Source: Fonticula alba ATCC 38817
Lineage: Eukaryota; Protista; Nucleariida
Direction: 5' to 3' (one strand)
Length of the DNA: 20,041 nucleotides
Assembly (NCBI GenBank): GCA_000388065.2
Contig: KB932212.1
The notes under the pieces are model-generated. The model was given only the letters and a program-made list of their open reading frames with translations, had not been told where the DNA came from and did not search any database. The translations under genes and the position numbers were made by a program. Of the stretch, positions 1-10,377 are shown one piece after another (within the stretch, counting starts at the first letter, position 1; each line of letters opens with the position of its first letter).

Positions 1-134
1 CACATGCACACATGCACACATGCACACATGCACACATGCACACATGCAACATGCACATATGGAAAATGCACACTTGCACACATGGAAAATACACACTTGC
101 ACACTTGCACACTTGCACACTTGCACACTTGCAC
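1..134. repeat. 8-bp tandem repeat CACATGCA / CACTTGCA (continues off the left edge)
   Basis: Six CACATGCA units from position 1, two degenerate GGAAAAT-containing units, then five CACTTGCA units. Confidence 0.9.
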
Positions 135-325
135 GCGCACAGGACCGCACCACCGGCATCCCGGTGCCCTGTGAGCGGACGCCCGGACAGCGCGCCGGAC
201 CACTGGCCGCCAGCCAGGCAGGACAGGCAGACGACAATGCCGAGCGAGGGGGGATGGGTGTATTCTGCAGGGAGAACCGAAAAACTCAAGGGCAAGGGAC
301 AAGAGAGAGGGAGAGAGAAAGGGGG

Positions 326-2927
326 TCAGCGCGAGCGCGACCGCCGGCGCCAGTTCGAGCGGCCTCGATCGGGAGACCGGCCGCGGCCGCCATGGCGCGA
401 GGGGCCCGACAGCGAGCCGGCCGCCCCGCCGGCCGACGAGGGGGAGTGCCCCCCAACCGGCGAGTGGCCATGGTAGGGCCGCTTGCTGGAGGGCAGGCGC
501 GGGGCATGCGGCGAGCACGACCGCGAGCGCGACCGAGACCGCGAGAAGGACCCCGAGGCGAAGCGCCGCTTGGCCACATACCCGCCGGCGCCGGATGACG
601 CGTGGCGCGAGCCGCCGAACGACCCGCGGCCGCTGCCGTGCCCCGGCAGATCGCCGGGGCTCCGCGACCGCGACCGGTCCCTGCCCCGAGGGGGGGAGGG
701 CGAGCGCGAGCGCGAGCGCGAGTACCGCCGGCGCCGGCCCGGCATCGGGGGCAGCGGCGGCGGCGGCGGCGAGTACCGGCCCCGGCGCGGGCCGCCCCCC
801 AGCCCCGAGCCAGCCAGCGAGGAGGACGAAGAGGAAACCGACGGGCCGCCCGACGACGAGGAGGACGAAGACCCGGAGGGCGATGCCCGGCGGTGGTGGC
901 CATGGTGGAAGTGGTGGCCCGACAGGGAGGACCCCGGCGCGAGCCGGTCGGATGGCAGCCGCGAGCCGGCCGGCCGGCGGCGAGACCCGCGCGAGGGCGA
1001 CCACGACCGCGACCGCGACCGGGACCAGGACCGCGACCGGGACCGGGACCGGGACCGGGACCGCGACCGCGACCGGGACCGGGATCGCGACCGCGACACA
1101 TCGCGATGCTTGCGGCTGCGGTGGTGCGCCGGCGGCCGGCCGCGAGGGCCGCCAGGTGACCTGGACCGCGACCGAGAGCCGGACTCCGACAGCGACCAGG
1201 GCCGCGACGAGGCCCGGGGGGACCGCGGCGAGCGTGACCGCCGGCGCCGGGGCGAGGGGGACCGCGAGCGCGATGGGCCCCGATGACCGGGCCCCGAGCG
1301 CCGGGGCTCCAGCTCCGGCTGCAGCCGCGGCTTCTTGTGCGGCGCGACGTGATGCTCGCTCGGCCCCGGGCCCGGGGGGAAGGGCTGGTGGGGCGACGAG
1401 TCGTCCGGCCCGCGAGACCGCCGGCCCGGCGGGCCTCCGCTCGAGGACAGCGAAGCCCGGCTCGGGGGCGAGGGCGACCGCGACCGGTGCCCGCCGCCAC
1501 CGCCGCCGGCGCCGGCGCGTGGCCGCCCGCCGCGCCGATCTCGCGGCCCGCCCCGGCTCGAGGACGAGGAGGACCCGGAGGAGGGGGACCCGGACCGCGA
1601 GGAGGGCAGCGATCCGGGACGGCTGCCCGGGCCGCGGGACCCGCCGAGCGGGTAGGCCCCGCCCTCCGGCGAGTGGCCCCGCGGTCGCATGGCGGGCGGC
1701 GGCGGCGGCGGCGGCGGCGAGTACGACCGACTCCCGTAGGCGCCGGGCGAGGGGGACCGCGAGGCGGGCGACGCTGACCGGTGGCGCTTGCGCAGCGGCC
1801 CGCCCCGGCCCGGGGGCAGTGGCGGCGGCGGCGGCGACGGCGGCGGCGGCGGCGATGGCGACCGCGGGCCGCCCGACGCCAGGGAGGCTGCCGGCGGTGA
1901 GATCGACATCGGCCGTGACCGGCGCCCAGGGCCGCCACCGCGCTGCATTTGATGCATGTCAATGCGGCTGAGGCGCCCGCCGGCCGAATGGGCCGCCGAC
2001 GAGCCGGCCGACGAGGACGCCGGCTGCGGCGAGGAGGCGCGGCTGACCGGCGCCGAGCCCGGGCTGGCCCCCTCACCGGGGTCGAGCCAGCCCTCGGCCG
2101 TGTCGGCGGCGGCGGCGGCGGCGGCCGCCGCACCGGCCCCCGGGTCCGACTGCAGGAAGCCCCCCTCGGCCAGCAGGGCCCGCCAGTCGTCCAGGAAGCT
2201 GGCCTGCAATTGCAGCGACACCTCGCTGATGTAGGTCTCCTCGGCGTTGAAGAACCGCGCATTCAGCCACAGCAGCAGGATGTCCACGACAAAGTCATGC
2301 GGCGAGGCGTAGGGCAGGGCCTGCTGCTGGGCCGACCGGCCGGGGCCGGCTCCCGGCCCCCGGCCCCGGGGCCGCCCGGTCGTCGCCACCAGATGCCCCT
2401 CAATGCGGCGCAGGTAGGAGGGCCACTTGACCACGGCATGGTACTCCGGCACGTCATACAGGTCGCGGTAGTCCGCGTGCGAGGCCTGCTTCAGGTACCG
2501 CCGGACCAGGGCCAGCGCCCGGTCCGCCAGGGCCGGCCCGCCACCGGGGCCGGCCCCCGGCTCGGCCGGGGCCCAGCGCCCCGGCGCCCCGGCCGGCAGC
2601 ACCAGCGGCACCAGCCGCCGGATGACATAGGCCGAGCTGCACTCCGGCAGCTGGGCCTCGGCCACGGCATCCCGCACGATGGCCGCCTCCTCCTTCGGCG
2701 ACAGGGCCCCGGCCGCCGGGTGGAACCACAGCGCATTGAAGGCGGCCTCCATGCGCACGGCCGTCTTGTAGTTGTCCGTGTGCGCGCTGTTGTAGTACCG
2801 GGCATTCCGGAACATGGCCCGCATGTCGGCCTCGAAGTCCGCCGCGGTGGCGTACTCCTCCCGGGCCAGGGCATGCTGGATGGTATGGAAGGCCACCAGC
2901 TTGCTTTTGAGCTTTTGCGTGACGGCC
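326..2927 (-). CDS. TAF2: TAF2 coding exon 7: rest of bromodomain 3, bromodomain 4 and RS/Pro-rich tail
   Basis: GCAG acceptor at 2928; EYATAADFEADMRAMFRNARYYN; PEYHAVVKWP..DFVVDILLLWLNARFFN; long RS dipeptide runs; TGA at 328-326. Confidence 0.85.
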
Positions 2928-5061
2928 CTGCGAGTGGGTGGGAGGGGGGGGGGGGGGGGTTGGCGCCGTCGTGCGTGAGCGCGCGCGCACACACATTCCA
3001 AAAAAAAAAAGGATTGATCCGGGGGTCAGGCAGGGCTACAGAGAGAGGGAAAGAGAGGCGGAGACGGGCAAAGAGAGAGAGAAGGGGGAAAGGGATGCGT
3101 GCGCGTGCCCGCATGCGACGGGGCAAGGCAAGCACCGGCACGGCACAGGGACGAGGAGCGAAAGGCCGGAACAGCGAGTCACCAGCCCCGGGGGAGCACG
3201 CACTGCTGGTAGGCCACATCCGAGTGCACGAACTTGAAGGCCCCGGAGGTGTCCAGCGGCCGGATGGCATACAGGATGCGCTCGCACTGCTGGAAGCCCC
3301 GGCCGCTCGGGGCCCCGGTCTGGGCCACCTCCTGCTGGGCTCGGGTGAGAGGCAGCCGGGCTGGCACCATCAGCAGCAGGTTCGGATCGGCCCGGGCCAG
3401 CTGCTGCGCCCGGCGCCGGCCGCCCAGCAGCTGGTCGGCCCTGGCGGCCTCGGCAGGGAGGGCATAATCCAAGGCCCCGGCCCCGCCGGCGCGCACATCC
3501 GCCTCGGCCAGCAGCTGGCGCAGGTCCTCCGGCGCGGGGACCATCGCGGCCCCGGAGACCACCGGCCCGCTGGCGGGCAGGCCGGCCGCCGCGGCGGCAC
3601 CCGAGCCATGCGGCAGCCCGGCCAACGGGGCAGCCTCCAGGCCGGGGCCCGGCCCGGACACCGGGCGCCCGGCCCGGCGCTTCCCGGCGTCGGCCCCGCC
3701 GCTGCTCCGGCTCACCATGCGCACCGGCGTCGAGTCCACCGAGATCAGCGCATCCACCGTCTCGGCCGAGTCCGACGTCAGGAGGGCCTCCTCGACGGGG
3801 AGCGACGCGGCGGCCGCCGCCGCCGCCACCGCCCGCCGGGACCCCACCGCATCCGGGGTCACTATGGAAATGTCCTCGCCCGGGGTGCCGGGAGCCCCGG
3901 GCCCCGGGGCCGCGCCGACCGGGCCCCGGGCAGGGCGCCCGGCGCCGCGCCGCCGCCCGGGCGAGGCGGGGCTCCCCGGCCCCGGCGAGTCGGCCAACGC
4001 CAGGAGGCCGCCACTTGCAGGCTCGCCGCCGGGAGGCGCCGCCTCGTCGGCCGGCGGGTCGAGGGCCGCCCGCTTGGAGGGCCGCCCGGCCCGGCGTGCG
4101 GCCGGTGTCGCCGGCGGCCCCGGCGCCGGCGGAGAAGCCGACCCGTCACCGAGTCCCCCCAGCGGCAGCGGCTCCACCACCTGCGGCAGGTACGACGGCG
4201 GCAGGGTGGCCCCCCCGACCGAGGCCAGCATCTTGTAGTGGTCGGCCCGATGGGCTAGGTCCGGCGCGCGCAGGGCCTCCCCCGGCGGCCAGTGGCTCCG
4301 GAGGTAGGCCTCGATCTCCTGGCTGCAGCGGAAGATCTCGCTCCAGGGGGGATTGACATACTGCGCATTGGCCAGGATCTGCCGGACCAGCAGCTCGGTC
4401 TCCAGGAGGGTGGGATTGTTGTTGGGATTGGCGGACTTGAACTGAGGTGATTGTCGCGGAATGATGGTGGTGACGTTGTTGTTGTTGGTGTTGTTGGTGG
4501 TGGTGGTGGTGATGGTGGTGCGTGTTTGTTTGTCCGGGCGGGGGCCGGGGGTCCCGTAAGATCGCCAGGCCGCGAGGGTGAGTGTGAATTCGAGCGCCAG
4601 TGCGAGCCGGGGGCCCGGGAGAGGCGAGAATGGCCCGGTCAGCGGGGAGGGCCACCGCCGGCCGGCAGGCACGCACCTTCTTCTCGATGTCCGAGAAGGA
4701 CATGCCAAACCGCACGATCTTGTAGTACGTCCGCCGGAAGGCGCTCGGATGCACCGGGTCATGGAAGTACCGGTTGGTGTCGATGGCACGGAGGCTGTCC
4801 AACAGGGCCAGCGAGGAGGCCCGGTGCACCGCGTGCCAGTGCTCGGTTGGGGTGACAATCGCCGGCAGGGGGATGCTGTCCATGGGCCGGTCGGCTCGCG
4901 GGGGATCCGACCGGAGGAGCTGCGCCGGGACCGGCGGCTCCGGCAGGCGGACCTGCCTTGTGCGCCCGGACCACGTCGCGCGGAAGAGCGACATCAAGTC
5001 TGCGTGCGCGTGTGGCCGAGCAGGCGGATGGACAGGCATGCCCGGCGAGCAAGCAACGACA

Positions 5062-5144
<83 letters not shown>

Positions 5145-6874
5145 GAATGCACAGGCGGGCCCCCGAGCGGGGCGCAGCCAAGCAGCAACAGGCGCAGGCG
5201 GAAGCAGGCATGAGCAACGGGACACGCGGCAGACAGACAGGGCGGCACGGGCGGCACGGGCGGCGCGAGGGCGAAGGACAGGGGGGCAGAGAGGCAGGCA
5301 AACAACAACGCACATAGCCCATGTCGGTAGATGTCACTGAAGCGCGGGTTGTAGCTGAAGGCATTGGCGAAGATGAGCTCGATGTCCGAGACGAAGGTGG
5401 CCGCGGCCAGGGTCACCAGCGCGTCCGGCGAATCGGCCAACTGCTCGGCCGCCGGCACATCCACCGGGCAGTGCTCGCGCAGGTAGGCCCGGTCGAAGTA
5501 CCGCCCGGCCTGGATGTTGGCCGACACATCCGACAGGCAGATCGGCCGGTGGACCACCGAATTGTAGAAGGCATGGTCCTCCGGGGCCAGCTGCGGCGCC
5601 ACCGGGTCCCGGAAGGCCAGCGAGTGTGCATCCTCGGCCAGGGCCCGCATGAGGGCCCCCATGCGCTCGGCCAGGCTGGCCGCCGTTTCGGCCGACGCAT
5701 CGAAAAGGACCCTCTCGGACCCGATGCTGGCCACGGCCACGGCCGAAGCCACGGCCGTCCGCGAGTCGATGGTCAGGTCCGGCATGGCGGCCGACACCGA
5801 CCCCCGGCGCTCGGTCGGCACCGACACCTTCAGCGAGAGGGGGCGCGCGCCGGCCGGAGATGCCGCCGCCGGACTCGTGGACGTCGGTCGGCCTGCCTCA
5901 TCCGGCTGCGGCTGCGGCTGCGACTTCGGCTGCGGCTGCGACTTCGGCTGCGGCTGCGACTCCGGCTGCGGCTGCGACTGCGGCTGCGGCTGCGACTGCG
6001 GCTGCGGCTGCGACTGCGGCTGGCTGGTCGCCTGGCGCAGGGGGGTCAGCGGCAGCGGCCGCGAGCCGGCCCCCGCCGGGGCGTCACCACCGGCGGGCTG
6101 GTCCGTGGCCGGGGGGGCCGGCGTCGGCTCCGGCCCCGGAGGCGGCCCGTCATCAGCCAGGGCCCCGAGCTGCGGCGAGGAAGCCGCCGACGAGGCGCTC
6201 GACCGCCCGGCCGCCGACGCCGAGTTGAAGGAGATCGAGATGCGCAGCGGCTCGGCGGCCGGCGGGCCCGGCGGCTCGGCGGCCGACTCCCCCGGGCCAG
6301 AGGCCGCCGGATCGGCCTTCTCGGCGGCCGAGGCCGCCGCACGGGCAGCCTGGCGCCGGGCCTCACGCCGGGCCCGGCGCTCCTCCTTGCTTTCGCCCTT
6401 CGACCGCCCGGAGGAGGGGGCCGCACCGGCTCCGGCCCCGGACGAGGCCCCGGTGGGGGACGCAAGGGTGCTGCCAGCGCCCGGGGGCCCGGCCCCGGAA
6501 GTCGGCCCCTTGGCATCCTCCGACTTGAGGACAACGCCGGGCCGGGCCCCGGGCAGGGGGGACCCCCCGCGCCCGGGCGCCCCCTCGGCCACGTCCGCCA
6601 GCCCGGCATGCGACGCCGACCGGCTCAGGGTCAGCGTCGGCAGGGGGGTCGCCCCATCGGCCCCGGCCCCGGGAGCCGTCAGAACCAGCGAGGCCCGACG
6701 CTCCGGGGTCGAGGGCGGCAACTGCAGGCCAGCCTCGCCCAGAGAAGTCGACCCGGAGGAGGGCAGGTCCTCCGCGCTGGCCGACACCCCCGGCGCAAGG
6801 ATCGGCGTGGCTGAGGCACTGCTCCCGGAGAGGGTGATCCGCGGCAGGACCGGACCGGGGCCGGCATCCTGCTG

Positions 6875-6919
<45 letters not shown>

Positions 6920-8703
6920 TGCCGCAGCTTGGGCCTGGGCCTGGGCCTGGGCCTGGGCCTGGAGTAGGATCGCCTGCTCCTTGAGCTCGCGCTCGCGCTG
7001 CAGGTGCTCGGCCGTGGCGGCCAGCGCGGCGGCCGCTCGACTGGCCGCCACCGCCGCATCACTCCCGAACACCAGGAACAATTGCGGCAGGTCCGGCAGG
7101 TCGAAGGCCCGCGGGAAGAGCCGGCGGATCTCGGTGGTGCCATCGGCCGCCGAGGCGGCCACCGCGGCCGCCGCCCCGGCCGCCAGCCGCGCGGTTGTGG
7201 CATTGTTGGGCGAGGCCCGGGCGATGGCCGCCGCGGTGGCGGCCACATCGCCGGCCGCCTGGGCCGCGGCCAGGAACGGCGCAAAGGCCGCCGCATCGGT
7301 CTCGCCCCAGCCCAGCCACTGGTCCACGTCGCCGGGCCCGGCGCCCTCCAGCCACAGGGCCTCGGCCGTGGGCCCGGCCCCCGGGCGCCCGGCGCAGTCC
7401 GTCGCATCCAGCCCATGGACGAAGGTGGCCGAGGGCAGCACCAGCCGCGGGTGGCAATGCACCCCGACGGCCACCCGCCGGCCGAAAAGCAGCAGCCCCT
7501 GCATGAAGAGGGCCAAATTCAGGCTCACATCGGTCGGCGAATGGGCAGCCAGGATCAGCTGCACCAGGCACACGCGCAGCCGCGTGGCCACATCGGCCCG
7601 CGTGGCCGCCCCGGCCGCGCGACGAGACGACCGATGCGCCAGCGACTCGATGGTGGCCGGGCCCGGCACCGGGGTGGCCACCTCGAACACATAGTCCGAC
7701 AGGGGGTCCACCGCCGGCGGGGCGGTCGGCTGCAATGGCGGGCACAGGGCCGCCGGCGTGGGACTGGCCCCGGCAGCCAGGGCCACCGCCGCCGATGACG
7801 CCCGCCGGAAGGCCGTCGTGGCGGCCGGCGAATTCAACTGCCGCGTGGTGCCCGGCAGCAGCCCGGTCAGCGCGGCGCTCGTCAGCAGGTTCACCTCAAA
7901 CCCGGTGCCATCCTCCAGCCCCAGGGTCCGGACCAGGTGGTACGTGGCGCCCAGGTGCCCCGGCGACCAGGCCATGCCGGCCAGCAGCCGGGCCACCCCG
8001 GACCGCACCCGCGCCGACCGGTCCCCGATGGCCAGCTCCACCAGCCCGGTGATGACCGCCGGCCGGTAGCCAAACAGATCGACCAGGGCCCGGGCCGCGG
8101 CCAGCCGACCGGCAGCCGGGCCACCGGCCCCGGTGGCCAGCCGCAGCAGGGCCGCCGCCCGCCCCGGCACCAAGCCCGCGCGCTGCAAATCCCCCAGGGC
8201 CAGGACGCACGCCGAGGCAATCAGCCCCGGCAGGTCCAGGTCCGAGTGCCCGGCATCGGCCGACCCCCCGGCCAGCGGGACCACCCGCGCCCCGGCCCCG
8301 GACAGGTGGTACTCCTGCAGGGTGGTCATCTCGCACACGACCTCCAGCAACAGGCCCCGGAGCTCGGCCACCAGGGGGGCCGGCGCGCGCCGGCGCTGCC
8401 ACTCCGCGCGCTGGTCCTCATCCAGCAGCCGGTTGGCCCGGTCGGTGGCCATCTGCGCGGCCTCCTCCGCCCCGGGCAGCAGGCTCAGCCGCTCCGGGCA
8501 GTAGACATCGGAGAAGGACCGCGCCAGGGCACTGACCAGGGCCGCGGTGTAGCGGGCGCTGCAATACCGATTGGAGGAGTTGTCCTGCAGGCGCAGCAGC
8601 GACAGCAGCAGGCGCACCACGCCCGGGTAGGGCAGCCGGTAGCGCGAGTCGCGCAGGGTGCCGGCCGCAGCGATCACCTCTACCGGAGCGGGGGGGGGGG
8701 GGG

Positions 8704-8740
<37 letters not shown>

Positions 8741-10345
8741 AGGAGGACAGCGAGTCAGTCAGGGGGACAGGAGGGAGCTCCGCGAGCAGACACCAACAGA
8801 GAGGGCAGACAAGGGGGACCGGGAAAAAAGACAAAGACCCGGAGAAGGGCGGGAAGAGCACAGGCCGAGCGTACGCTTGATGCAGAAGTAGCGCGAGTAG
8901 TCGGAAAAGTCATTCGGCGAGGGGATCCACAGTCGAGAAGGCCCGGCTGCTGCCGCGGCCGACCCCGCGCCCGTGCCTTCCAACAGGGAAGGGGCCTTGG
9001 ACGCTGGCATTTCCACCGACGACAGGGCCAGATGGCTGAGCAGCTCCAACTGCGTGCCGGCCGGGCTGGAGAAGAGCCCCAGCCCCGGGGTGGGGGCCGG
9101 CGCCGCGGCGCGATCGCCAGCCAGGCTGCCCGACCCGCCGGGGGCCGCCGCGGGCCGGGCCCCCGAGCCGGCCGGCCCACCGGCCGCCGCGCCAACCCGC
9201 GAGAAGCACAGCTCCTCCAGCAGCCAAAAGAGCACCGCCTCCATCGGGCCCTCCGGGGCATTGAGCTCGCGCATGGACTGCGGCGGGCGCCGCGGCACCG
9301 GCGCATGCCGGGCCAGCATCACGGCCGCCGCCGCCCGAACCCGATGGAAGGCCCGGCCATCGACCAGGACCCGCTGCAGGGCCAGCTCCGTCCGGCGGTC
9401 GGCCACCAGCTGGGCCGCCGCCGAGTCGGAGTCCTTGTCCCGGCCGCCGCCGCCGCCGCCGCCGCCACCGGGCAGCGGGTCGCCGGCCGGCAGGTCGCCC
9501 TCGGCCCCGGGAGCCGGCGAGCCGCCAGGCTCCGGTGTGCCCACACGGCTGGCCTGCACCGACGCGGCCCCGGGCCCGGCCCCCGAGCCGGCCACCCCGC
9601 GCAGGGACAGCTCCCGCGCCCGGGCCAGCACCCCGGCGTCCGGCACCGGCAGCAGGGCCGGCAGGGCCGGCGGCACCAAGTGCCGAATGGCCTGCAGCTG
9701 GGCCACCGCGTCCGAATCCATCAGCAGCTGATTGCGCCACTGGAAGGGCCGCTGCTCCAGCACCTTCAGACACAGCAGCTGCAGGTCCGGATCCACGCGC
9801 ACCCACAGGATGGGGAAGTCCTCCAGCCGGTCCTGGTCCAATTCCGCCCAGTCGGCCACCAGCCCCGCATGTGGGAAGGAGTCGCCCAAGCGCGGGGGCG
9901 ACCGCCGCAGGCGCTTGGACTTCGACCGATACTTCATGATCCGGTCCCGGCTCAGGCCCTCCATCGGCAGGTAGTGGTCGTGGGTCTCCTCCACCTCGAA
10001 CACCCGGATCGGCAACTCGAAGGTGAAGTGATTCAAGGAGCTGACCATGCGCGTGGTGGTCGACTGCGTGACCACGGCCTTCAGCTCGGACGTCCGCTTG
10101 TTGAAGGTGAAGGTGCACCGGATCACCGGCACCCCCGGCCGCAGGACATACTGCCCGATGAAGTGCTTCACCGCATTGGCATCCGTCTGCAGGCTGCGCG
10201 TGGCCCGGCCGATGAAGTCGTCGAAGCCCAGGGCAAAGAGCCCGGGCCCGGCCTCCGACCGGGCCAGGCGCTCGAGCGGCGTCTGCGGCGGGGCCGCCAC
10301 GGGGCCCGCCAGCCCCGCCGCCTTGCCCGGGCCCCCGGCCAAGTC

Positions 10346-10377
<32 letters not shown>

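Noticed and set aside
12-598. ORFs beginning MHTCTHAH...
   Set aside because: Translation of the 8-bp repeat running into the antisense of the TAF2 last exon; not a real His/Cys-rich protein.
286-2262. 658-aa Arg/Pro/Gly-rich alternative-frame ORF overlapping the RS tail
   Set aside because: Off-frame read of GC-rich low-complexity coding DNA; no domain signal.
4451-4520. (CAC/CAA)n tract translating as poly-Thr/Asn or poly-His/Gln
   Set aside because: Lies inside intron 4442-4676; removing it restores correct bromodomain spacing, and no nearby AG would include it.
4994-5364. Poly-Pro or poly-Gly proteins from the G homopolymers (also 19364-19547)
   Set aside because: Intronic homopolymers of uncertain length.
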